39,289 bases of DNA from a virus (lineage: Duplodnaviria > Caudoviricetes), in the IMG/VR virus record IMGVR_UViG_3300033067_001593, positions 1-39,289 of that record; one strand, written 5' to 3'. This document shows positions 17,020 to 25,708 of the stretch, piece after piece. Position 1 is the stretch's first letter. Every line of letters starts with the position of its first letter. Below the pieces are notes generated by a model. It was given only the letters and a program-made list of their open reading frames with translations, was not told the DNA's origin and made no database searches. Made by a program: the position numbers and the translations under genes.

Positions 17020-19478
17020 TATCTCATCCTGTCCGACATCTGCTCAAAATTCGTGCTCCATCCGGCGATGGCGAAATAGTTGTTGGGCGTTGAGTGCTGG
17101 ATGTTGATCGCATACCAGTGGCACCGCTGCTTGTTGCGGTGAATGTAGGTGCGGATCGGTTGCAAGTCCGGGCTCGTCCCTCCCCATCCATATTGTCCCC
17201 AAGGAAAGCGGCCCCAAGCCCAGCTTCCGACGGGTGAAACATCAACGCTTTCGATGTAGGGACTGATGTTCGATTTGAACCCGATCTGCAAGGTGCGGAA
17301 GTTCGCGCGCCGGAAGAAAAGGGTCAGATCGCGGAAGTGTTTGAGGATGCCCGGATTTTTCCCGGTCTGCGGAACGGTCTCAATCTCAACTGAAATTGGA
17401 GAATAGACGGTCGCACTGCTGGGGTTCCAGAACAAGCTGTCTTCGACCTCAATGTGGGTTCCGTCAGTTATCGCAGAAATAATTGAAGTCTTGCCGCCCT
17501 GAACGATCACATTCCCAACCACGATCCCCGTGGTGTCAACGAGAGTGACGGTGGTTCCGCTATTGCTAACGATTGCGACAACGAGTTCGTCGTCGGAATA
17601 ATCCGTCAATCCGAAAGATTTTTTTTCCTGATAGGTGTAGTTGTTGTCTCCACCACCCATATAGAGCTTGTCGTCTGCGCTGTTAATAATTCCAGCGGTG
17701 CGGTTTCTTTCCCAAGTAGTCCACTGGTTCGTCATTGAGTTGTAAACCCACGCTTTTTTTGGATAGGTATCAGTGTTCTTGATCTGCGTCCAGAGCAGGA
17801 ATTTTCTATCAGAGTTATAGGCCACAGCGAATGTCTGCGTGGCGAAATTGTCATAGGTGGAGATCGGGTTCAGTTCCATTTCGATGGACTTGGACATGAT
17901 TGCTGAACCAGTATCGGACATCGCCACGACTCCCTGCGATGTGTAGCTGAAAATTTGGTTGTTGAATGGCTCCGCGCTCTCGGGAGCGGTCAAGATGACC
18001 GTCGCATCAAATAGGGCCACGAAAAAGCTGTCCAGCGTCTCGCCCGTCAACCTGAAAACACCGTCTTCTTTATAAATGAACACCGAATCGCGCAGGGCGA
18101 TGATCCGCAGGATGTTCGCGTTTGCAGATCCTACATAAATGATGTTGGCGAGCGGCACGGCTTCCGGCTGATTTTGCTTGGAGATCAGTATTCCATTCGG
18201 AGCGGAGTCGTTAGAAGACTCCACATCGGTTCCAGAAGTCGGAAGCGTCGGGTTGAACGCCGCGCCGCGCGTAGAGGTTGCGGCGAAGGCGTCTCCTCCG
18301 ATGTCGCGCTCCTCGATCAAGATTTTTCCGGGGAGGTCGTTGTAGCCGCTGATGTAGTAGGCATAGTATTCGGTGTTGGAGGCGTATTGATTGATGACCC
18401 GAGCCAGACTTTGAGCAGTTGCCTCGATGTTTTCCGCTGGCGTTCCGCTGGTCGTGACCTTGAACTCCGCGGCGGCGGCGTTCTCCGTTCCTTTGGCCGT
18501 GTAAGTTGTCGCGCCGATGGTCACGGTGTCGTTGACTTGAATCCCGATGCTCCCGGCGATGGAAAGCATCGTCAGGGTGAGCCGCTGTTTGCTCCGCGTG
18601 TTGGCGTAGAGCATGTGGCCCTTGTAGAGGGTCATGTCCCGGCAGGCCGGGGGTTGGTCATTTTCCTGCGAGATCCCCTGCTGGGACGGGCTCGTGTAGA
18701 GAGAGGCCCCCATGAGCGCATCCGGCACGGAATCCGTCACGCTGATGGACTTGGCCGAAATCTCGCCGGAAGTGGGATTGTTTTCGTAAACCAGCTGCAT
18801 TTCATCGTTCGGCACGATACCAACGCCGCCTGACTGCTGGGAACGGTAGATCTGATAGAAATGGTTGACGGTCACATCGGCGGGAACGGTGATGGTCAGG
18901 GCCACATCACGAGACCCACCCGACGAGTTTATGACGATGATGCGCTGGCTGGGTGCACCCAAAATCAAATTGTTGTTGTTGTCAATAATGCCCCAGACGA
19001 TACGGTAGGCGACTTGATTAGCCGTCGCAAGAAAGCCGGAACTGCCGCTCGTGGCACCGCTGGCGTCCAAGGCCTTCACCATTCCAGCATCCACGGGCGT
19101 GACGGTCAGCTGGTCAAGTTTCTTGACACCCGTCCCGCTGTTGAAATAGAAATTCTTGTTGGCCTCCATGCCGCGCATGACGACCGCGCCATCCGGCGGC
19201 GAAAAAACGCCCGGATAATCGGCCCAAGATCCAAGACCATCGGCGTCATAGGAAAGGGTACTCCCGTGATGCACAAGAAGATGATCGTCGTAGTTGTAAT
19301 ACTTATTGATCGGGCCAGTAAGCTGCGTGCCGTATTTCTTCTGGCCGCGCCGGATCTCCACCACACCGTCTTTGTCCACGACGGTGTTCTTGGCCTTCAC
19401 GAGCCCGCCCGGTGGGACTTCGGAAAGCGGGTTCGGGTCGGTGTAGAGACCCTTGATCTGGATGTTCAGCTGTTGCAC
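17019..19478 (-). CDS. Tail nozzle / DNA stabilisation protein (T7 gp12 / P22 gp10 analogue)
   Basis: 819-aa beta-rich protein directly after the adaptor; WGRFPWG near the C-terminus. Assigned by position. Confidence 0.7.
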   Translation of the reverse strand: MQQLNIQIKGLYTDPNPLSEVPPGGLVKAKNTVVDKDGVVEIRRGQKKYGTQLTGPINKYYNYDDHLLVHHGSTLSYDADGLGSWADYPGVFSPPDGAVVMRGMEANKNFYFNSGTGVKKLDQLTVTPVDAGMVKALDASGATSGSSGFLATANQVAYRIVWGIIDNNNNLILGAPSQRIIVINSSGGSRDVALTITVPADVTVNHFYQIYRSQQSGGVGIVPNDEMQLVYENNPTSGEISAKSISVTDSVPDALMGASLYTSPSQQGISQENDQPPACRDMTLYKGHMLYANTRSKQRLTLTMLSIAGSIGIQVNDTVTIGATTYTAKGTENAAAAEFKVTTSGTPAENIEATAQSLARVINQYASNTEYYAYYISGYNDLPGKILIEERDIGGDAFAATSTRGAAFNPTLPTSGTDVESSNDSAPNGILISKQNQPEAVPLANIIYVGSANANILRIIALRDSVFIYKEDGVFRLTGETLDSFFVALFDATVILTAPESAEPFNNQIFSYTSQGVVAMSDTGSAIMSKSIEMELNPISTYDNFATQTFAVAYNSDRKFLLWTQIKNTDTYPKKAWVYNSMTNQWTTWERNRTAGIINSADDKLYMGGGDNNYTYQEKKSFGLTDYSDDELVVAIVSNSGTTVTLVDTTGIVVGNVIVQGGKTSIISAITDGTHIEVEDSLFWNPSSATVYSPISVEIETVPQTGKNPGILKHFRDLTLFFRRANFRTLQIGFKSNISPYIESVDVSPVGSWAWGRFPWGQYGWGGTSPDLQPIRTYIHRNKQRCHWYAINIQHSTPNNYFAIAGWSTNFEQMSDRMR

Positions 19479-20420
19479 TTACCAAGTCCTCCGGCTGCGG
19501 CTGGCTCCTCCAAAAAAGTGGCTCCCGCGGTTGACCTTCTTTGGCGATCCGTCCGCGCGCGGGTTGATGAGCGCGTTGAATTTGTCCACCATGTCCTTGT
19601 AAACATCGGCTGCGGACTTCAACCCCGTCGCGTCCCCAAGGCCTTCCAGAACGACGACGGCGACGCGCTGGGCCAAGAGCTTGAAGATGTCGTATGGCAG
19701 CTGCGGGATCGGCGAGAATCCGGCCTCGGCCACCCAATTCCCGACCGCCACATTGTCCGGCACGGCGTCCACGAGCGTGATGGTCTTGGCGGTCGCGTCC
19801 ACCGCGCTGACGGCCAGATCCTCCCCCCACGCCCGGAAGGACGGGGTGTTCTTGATGATGTCGAAAGTGGTGCTCGCCGTCCACGCGGCGGGGAAGTTCG
19901 AGAGCGTCAGCACCTTCCCGACGATCAGCGTGATCTGGCCTGCGTCGGCCACAACGACCAAATTGTTTGGCCTGCGGTAATACTTCTGCCGCAGCTGGTA
20001 GCTGGTGATCTCGGAGGTGTCCGGCGTGATGATGATCTTGTCGCCCTCGAAGTACCAGCCACGGTTGTTCAAATAGGGGTACGACCCGACGCTCCACTTG
20101 CGCTTGACCGTATCGGGCCCGATGTAGGGGAAGTTGACCTCTTTCCCGTCGGCGTTCAGGAGCACAGCGTCGCGCAGCTTCTCGCCCATGGCGCGCGGGT
20201 GCATGAAATACTCGGTCTGCGTCCCCGAGATCGCCTGATCGTAGTTGTTGACGAAATACTCCTCCTGCATCTTCATCATGAGCGGCACGATGTCCGATTG
20301 CAGTTCCTCCGACGCCATCTTCACTAGATCGCGGTCGGGGTAAAGCTGCTGCGAGGTCGGGATGACCGCGCGCCGCTTTATGGAGTCAACAAGGTCGGTC
20401 GTGGTGTAATCAATTCCCAC
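19479..20420 (-). CDS. Head-tail adaptor / tail tubular protein
   Basis: TTTDLVDSIKRRA N-terminal helix; size and position between capsid and nozzle genes. Confidence 0.7.
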   Translation of the reverse strand: MGIDYTTTDLVDSIKRRAVIPTSQQLYPDRDLVKMASEELQSDIVPLMMKMQEEYFVNNYDQAISGTQTEYFMHPRAMGEKLRDAVLLNADGKEVNFPYIGPDTVKRKWSVGSYPYLNNRGWYFEGDKIIITPDTSEITSYQLRQKYYRRPNNLVVVADAGQITLIVGKVLTLSNFPAAWTASTTFDIIKNTPSFRAWGEDLAVSAVDATAKTITLVDAVPDNVAVGNWVAEAGFSPIPQLPYDIFKLLAQRVAVVVLEGLGDATGLKSAADVYKDMVDKFNALINPRADGSPKKVNRGSHFFGGASRSRRTW

Positions 20421-20715
20421 CCATCTGCTCCTTCTGCTTCCGTCTCAAGACCTCGGCGAACGCCGGATCGAGCCCGCTGAACTTGTCCATCCCCATGTCG
20501 CCTTGCGGGATGACGCCCATGTCGCCTTCCGGCAGCGCGCCCGGTTCTCCCGCGGCGCGAGACGGCATCACCGCGGCCATGTCGGTCGGGCCGAGAGGCC
20601 CGGGCTCGCCGCCAGCGCGCTGGCCCATGCCCGGGAGCGAGTGCATCTCGTCCTCGGTCATCATCCGCATGAGATCTTCGAGACTTTGGCCTCTGGCCTT
20701 CATTTGGTCGAACAT
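20410..20715 (-). CDS. Small Met/Gly/Pro-rich hypothetical protein
   Basis: ATG 20715 follows AAGGGGG; overlaps the adaptor start. Confidence 0.65.
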   Translation of the reverse strand: MFDQMKARGQSLEDLMRMMTEDEMHSLPGMGQRAGGEPGPLGPTDMAAVMPSRAAGEPGALPEGDMGVIPQGDMGMDKFSGLDPAFAEVLRRKQKEQMGGN

Positions 20716-20726
20716 TTTAGTCCCCC

Positions 20727-22295
20727 TTATTGTACTTTCAAAATTTTGAAATAATTGATCGCCGTCTGGGTTCCAGCCGCCAGCGGGTCGTCGTGCGGGC
20801 GAACTATGTCTCCGGCAAAAAGCGGGATCGTCCCAGAGACGCAATTCCCGATGTTCGTTCCGGCGGTTTCGGTTATCAGAACCATGGTTCCGAGAGCGAT
20901 GTTTTGAACTGCCGTTGTCAGCTGCGTGCTGTTGACCGACACTCCAAAGTTCGCCACGCCCGAGTTGTCGTCTTGGCAGTATGTGATGGCGTAAAGGCCA
21001 TTTTGATTGACGGTGATGGTCGCGCCGAGGACGGAATTGTCGCCAGCGTAGGATAGGGCAGTCCCGCTAGAGCGCACGATGGTGCTGAACCGCTTGATCG
21101 CCGTTGAGCCAGATCCGTGCCCGTTATTTCCGAAAAGCCAGATCTCGTTGGGTGGGGCCTGGAAAAACACGGGCACGCTGAAAGTCGCGCTGGTTCCAGT
21201 GACCTCGAACAGCTTGGTCGTCCCGGTGGACACGATCAGGGTGGGGCCGCCAGCAGCCCCGGTCTGTCCCGAGATCTCGGCCACGGCGCGCGGCGAAGCC
21301 GTCCCGATCCCGGTTTTACCTCCCGAGACAGAGAAGTCGGTCGTCCCGACCACCAGCCCCTTGTTCGCTCCGCGGATCGTGACGGAGGAGTTGAAAATGT
21401 CGAGGCCGGACGACGGCGACTGCGTGCCGATCCCGACATTACCCGTCGTTGTTACATTCCCGCCATTGACGGTCAGAGTGCCGCCGCCAACGATCAGGCC
21501 GTTCCTGAAAGTCGAAGTCCCGGTCGCCACATCCAGCTTGGAGGACGGGTTCGTGGTGCCGATTCCCACACTCCCGGCGTCGGTGGCGAGGTAGGCCGAA
21601 TCCGTCGAGCGGATCACGCCGATCACATCCAGCTTGTAGGCCGGGGCTGCGGTTCCGACCCCGATGGCCCCGGAAGGCGTGACGATGAAAATGGATGTGC
21701 CGATGACGAGCCCCATGCTGGGCCCGGCGCGGATAGTGAGAGAGCCGCCGGAGACATCCAGCATCGAGGACGGGGCGGTGTTCCCGATCCCAACCTTGCC
21801 GCCCGCGGTGTTGTAGATGTCCGACCCTGCGGTCGTCCACTGCGAGGCCCCGGGCGCGGAGTTCTGGATGCTGCCGTCAGGCCAGACGACAGGGGCCTTC
21901 ACATTGATGGAGGTTCCGCTGACCTCGAAGATCTTGGTCGTCCCGGTCGAGGCGACGAACAAGACCGCACTGCTCCCGGCGGGGTAGGCCACATGGAGGC
22001 GGGCGAGAGCGTGCGCGGTGTCCGTCCCCGTGACCACGCCGCCGTTGGCCTGCAACCAGCCCAGAAGCGTCAGGCCGGAATTGATCGTGCGGGTGGACTG
22101 GTAGATCGTGACCGCAGCGTTCGCCCTGCTCGTGATCGCAATCATCCAGTCGGTGACATTCTGGCCCCAATTTTCATCATCCACATCGGGGATGGTGTAG
22201 GTTGAGCCGTCAACGACGACATTCTGCTCGGCGTAGGCCCAGCGAGGGCCCATGGCGAACAGCGCGAACGCAAGCAGGGCGAGTAGGCGTTTCAT
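20727..22295 (-). CDS. Tail-fibre-like protein with N-terminal signal peptide
   Basis: Five GxVGIGTxxPxxxLDV-type repeats; N-terminus MKRLLALLAFALFAMGPRWAYA. Confidence 0.8.
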   Translation of the reverse strand: MKRLLALLAFALFAMGPRWAYAEQNVVVDGSTYTIPDVDDENWGQNVTDWMIAITSRANAAVTIYQSTRTINSGLTLLGWLQANGGVVTGTDTAHALARLHVAYPAGSSAVLFVASTGTTKIFEVSGTSINVKAPVVWPDGSIQNSAPGASQWTTAGSDIYNTAGGKVGIGNTAPSSMLDVSGGSLTIRAGPSMGLVIGTSIFIVTPSGAIGVGTAAPAYKLDVIGVIRSTDSAYLATDAGSVGIGTTNPSSKLDVATGTSTFRNGLIVGGGTLTVNGGNVTTTGNVGIGTQSPSSGLDIFNSSVTIRGANKGLVVGTTDFSVSGGKTGIGTASPRAVAEISGQTGAAGGPTLIVSTGTTKLFEVTGTSATFSVPVFFQAPPNEIWLFGNNGHGSGSTAIKRFSTIVRSSGTALSYAGDNSVLGATITVNQNGLYAITYCQDDNSGVANFGVSVNSTQLTTAVQNIALGTMVLITETAGTNIGNCVSGTIPLFAGDIVRPHDDPLAAGTQTAINYFKILKVQ

Positions 22296-22305
22296 GTCAG
22301 CCCCC

Positions 22306-23112
22306 TTAGACGAGGTTGCTGTTCTTGGCGAAGATGGTCTCCGTTCCCTCCGTTCCGCTGGCGAGGTTCGCCGCGGAGACAGACCCGTGCGCCGAGATTG
22401 CGAGCGTGCACAGGTTCCCGATCTGACCCGGGATCGGGCAGGTGATGACCACGATCTTGCTGGCGACGGTCGCGTGCGCCGAGTTCGTAACGGTGAGCGA
22501 ACCGCGGTAGTTCAGCGTGACCGTCGCGCTGGAAACCGTCGCCACGAGGTTCGGTGCTTCCTTCGCCAACTTCAAGCTGCGGTTGATCGCGTCGCAGAGA
22601 GCCGCCGCCGTCACCGCGTCGGTCAGGCCGATCTGGAACTGCTCACGCACTCCGGCATCCGGGGTCGTTTTCCCGGTGAAGACAACGCCGCCGACGGTAA
22701 CGGTGTCTCCGTCAACGAACGAGGACAGCAGGACGGTCGCGCGCCGCGAGGCGTCGAGGCATCCCACGATCTTGTCGAGGGCAGAGGCGTTGATCTTGGC
22801 GACGAGGTTGTTGGCGCACGCCTCATCGGACGATCCCACCGCCCACTGCGATGCTCCGCTCGGGCTTGTTTTTCCCGTCAATGTCACTCCGTTCAGGGTT
22901 ACGGTGTCAGCGTCCGCAAAAGACGAAAAGGTGATCGTCCCGGTGGCCTGCGCCGCCCCGGTGTTGACGCGAACCTTGCCGCTCTTAGATCCTCCGGCCA
23001 GCGCGTCGAAATACTGCGCGAGACGAGCGATGAAGCCCTGTGACGCCTCGGGATTGAGCAAGCTGGGGCCGTCGTCATGGACGGCGAGACTGATTCTATG
23101 CTTTGTCGGCAT
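22306..23112 (-). CDS. Virion structural/decoration protein
   Basis: Follows the major capsid gene; two internal repeats, DTVTLNGVTLTGKT and DTVTVGGVVFTGKT. Confidence 0.7.
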   Translation of the reverse strand: MPTKHRISLAVHDDGPSLLNPEASQGFIARLAQYFDALAGGSKSGKVRVNTGAAQATGTITFSSFADADTVTLNGVTLTGKTSPSGASQWAVGSSDEACANNLVAKINASALDKIVGCLDASRRATVLLSSFVDGDTVTVGGVVFTGKTTPDAGVREQFQIGLTDAVTAAALCDAINRSLKLAKEAPNLVATVSSATVTLNYRGSLTVTNSAHATVASKIVVITCPIPGQIGNLCTLAISAHGSVSAANLASGTEGTETIFAKNSNLV

Positions 23113-23146
23113 GTTGGTGAGACCTCCTTGTGAAAATCCGCGCCCA

Positions 23147-23189
23147 TCGGCTCCCCCAAGGGCTTATGACCCTTGAGGGAGGTGGCCGA
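23147..23189 (-). terminator. Hairpin after the major capsid gene (partial terminator or stabiliser)
   Basis: CTCCC-C-CAAGGG / CCCTTG-A-GGGAG inverted repeat; only a short, distant U-run. Confidence 0.5.
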
Positions 23190-23199
23190 CGGAACTGGT

Positions 23200-24483
23200 T
23201 TAAGCGTTGACGATGTTGGTGAACTTCACGCAACGAGCCGGGGTCTCGATGAAGATGGACTGATCCTGAAACGCCCGATACTCGAAGCCCGCGTTGTCCG
23301 ACAACTCGCGGAAGAAGTTGCCTTCGCCGCCCAAGCTGTTGAAGGTGATGTCCGACGCGCCGACACGCTTCAACCGCTTCATGGGGAGCGCGAACGCCTC
23401 GCCCTCCTTGATGCAGTTGTAGGGGATGAGTTCGACCTCGCCGTTCTGCGAGTAGAAGGTGATGGAACGGAAGCCGTTGGTGGCCTTCCCGTCATTGTAG
23501 TTCGCATCATACTTCCGCAGGGCGGACTGATCGGAGGCGACATTCCCCCAAGTGCGGTCGTTCAGGAACACCGTGACCTTCTCGTCCAACCCGCGCCCGC
23601 AAGCAACGGCCAAGCCGCTGATGATCTTGGAGAGCGTGAGAGCCGCGGAGCCGCAGTCGAAGGTGTTACCCTTCCACAGCTGGTAGGTGTCCGCGCTGAT
23701 GTTGAACAGCGTCCCGGTGTTGGTGATGATCTTGTTGATCCCCACCATTTCTTTGAATGTCGTGGCAGCGGTGCGCGCGGTGTCGAAGAAGACATCGCAG
23801 GCGCCGAGTCCGATGGCCGTGTCGAGGGCCGAGATCCCGGTCGTGGTGCCCGTAACATAGATCCGGCGGTTCGCCACATCCACTTTGTCAATCGTGAAGA
23901 TCGCATCGGTGCTGGAAGACACCAACGATCCGTCCGACTGCTTGAAGAAGTTGAGGGCCGCGTTTTCCATGCCCGCCCAGATCCCGGTCGCCCAAGATGC
24001 CGTCGTGAACTGAACGAGGGTCTGGGTGGCGGACTGGTTGGTGCTCGAAGAAACCGCACCGACGCCGGACTGACCGTAGAGGATGGACAGTTCCACGCGC
24101 TTGGTCATGGAATCCATCATGTTCGTGACCTGCAAGCGGGTCGCCTTCTCGAACGACTTGGCCCCCTTGCTGACGGCCTTGGCCGCGGTCTCGTAGTCCA
24201 TCTGGGCGCGAAGAACGCCCTGATAGCCATCCACCTGCGCGTCCTGCATCTTCATGGGAATGGCCGCGCGCAGGGTGAACGCTCCGTCTCCGGGCGCACC
24301 GTAGGTGTAGCCGTGCTCGTAGGTCAGCGCGACGGGCTGATGGTAGAGCTTACCGATTTTTTCTTCCTCGCTGAAAGGAACCATCTTGATGAACTTGGCG
24401 TTGTCCGGCACCAAATTCATGATGCTGTCCCCATAGACTTCTTTGAAAAGTCCGTTGAGGTCTGAAACTTGCGTGACTGCCAT
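23200..24483 (-). CDS. Major capsid protein
   Basis: 427 aa, follows the scaffold; LNGLFKEVY N-terminus; AAGGAG RBS with A-rich enhancer; strongly biased codons. Confidence 0.88.
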   Translation of the reverse strand: MAVTQVSDLNGLFKEVYGDSIMNLVPDNAKFIKMVPFSEEEKIGKLYHQPVALTYEHGYTYGAPGDGAFTLRAAIPMKMQDAQVDGYQGVLRAQMDYETAAKAVSKGAKSFEKATRLQVTNMMDSMTKRVELSILYGQSGVGAVSSSTNQSATQTLVQFTTASWATGIWAGMENAALNFFKQSDGSLVSSSTDAIFTIDKVDVANRRIYVTGTTTGISALDTAIGLGACDVFFDTARTAATTFKEMVGINKIITNTGTLFNISADTYQLWKGNTFDCGSAALTLSKIISGLAVACGRGLDEKVTVFLNDRTWGNVASDQSALRKYDANYNDGKATNGFRSITFYSQNGEVELIPYNCIKEGEAFALPMKRLKRVGASDITFNSLGGEGNFFRELSDNAGFEYRAFQDQSIFIETPARCVKFTNIVNA

Positions 24484-24597
24484 GGTTGTATCTCCTTTTA
24501 TTTAATTTTTTACTGCCCTGCACCCTTCGTGCGGATGGCCCATGGCGTCCACAGCGTCGGTCTTTCAGCGGGATAGCGCGGAGGCGTCCCGGTTAAA

Positions 24598-25641
24598 TCA
24601 TCTGTTTCCAAATCTCTGCTTCTGTTGCTCGATCCACTCCTCTTTCGACAATTTCTTGACGGGAGGAGGCGGCGTTCCAGACCCAGCCGGGGGTGGCGTG
24701 TGCGGAGGTGCGCCCCCACCGGGTTGCGAAAGCCGCTGCATTTCAAATTCTCTGATCTTCTTGAGCCCCGCTTCGCCGAGCAGATTGGCGATCATCTGTC
24801 CGTCAGCGGAAGCGAACATGTCCGTGAAGGCCGTGGTATATTTCTGCTTCACCAAGTCCACCACATCGGCGGCTTTCAAAGGAACTCCGAGACGCAGACC
24901 TTCGCTCATGAAATACGCCATGTCGCGCACCGTGGAACGGGTCTTGGGAAGTCCCGCAGTTTCCAAGGTCGTCATGATGTCCTTCTCGTATTCCGCGGAG
25001 TGCCGCTTGACGAGTTCGGCCTGCTGCTGCTGCTCGATCCGCTGCTGGCTCTCGGCCTTCTCGCGTTCCACATCGGCCAGCTTTTTCTTGGTCAGGTGGA
25101 GTTCACGCTGCTCGTCAGTCATCATTTCCAGATTGATGTCTTCCAGCAGGATCTCCTGCGCCAGCTGTTTCATGTCCAGACCCAGCTTGGGGTTGAGCAG
25201 GATGGACTTCGGATCAGTCCGCAGCAGGTGAAGGAACTGTTCGGCCTGTTTCCGCATGGTGGCGGCTTCCGCGAACTTGCGCTCCGCGCCATGACCCTTC
25301 TGATAGCCCGCGATCAGTTCGTCCTTGGAGAGCCAGACCTCCTGACCGTTGATCTTCGCCAAGAACGGCTTGGCCGGATCGGGCGGGTTCTCGGGTGCCG
25401 ACACTTCCACGCCCGGTTTCCCGGGTTGAGGGGTAGCAGGAGCCGCGGCGGGCGGTTTCGAGCCCGCAGGAGGCGCGCCAGACCCCGCTCCGGGGTTTCC
25501 AGCGGGTGCCGGGGGTGCCCCGCCTGCGGGTTTCGCGGGTGATGCGGGCGCGGACGGCGACGCCGGGGCTGCGGGCGCGGGCGATCCACCCCCTGCGGGG
25601 GCCGAAGGTGCGGCGGGTGCGGCTGCGGGTGCTCCATTCAT
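24598..25641 (-). CDS. Capsid scaffolding protein
   Basis: Pro/Ala-rich N-terminus, AKINGQEVWLSKDELIAGYQKG, coiled coil; lies before the capsid gene. Confidence 0.82.
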   Translation of the reverse strand: MNGAPAAAPAAPSAPAGGGSPAPAAPASPSAPASPAKPAGGAPPAPAGNPGAGSGAPPAGSKPPAAAPATPQPGKPGVEVSAPENPPDPAKPFLAKINGQEVWLSKDELIAGYQKGHGAERKFAEAATMRKQAEQFLHLLRTDPKSILLNPKLGLDMKQLAQEILLEDINLEMMTDEQRELHLTKKKLADVEREKAESQQRIEQQQQAELVKRHSAEYEKDIMTTLETAGLPKTRSTVRDMAYFMSEGLRLGVPLKAADVVDLVKQKYTTAFTDMFASADGQMIANLLGEAGLKKIREFEMQRLSQPGGGAPPHTPPPAGSGTPPPPVKKLSKEEWIEQQKQRFGNR

Positions 25642-25708
25642 GGTTTTGGCTCCTTTTTACGCCTCCGCTGGTGTGGGAGGTCGTTTCACGCCCGGTTTCC
25701 CGGGTGGT

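Noticed and set aside
20727-21150. Diversity-generating retroelement target at the fibre C-terminus
   Set aside because: No reverse transcriptase and no template-repeat copy seen.
22306-23112. Contractile tail sheath
   Set aside because: Too short, and no tube, baseplate or tape-measure genes; the layout is podovirus-like.
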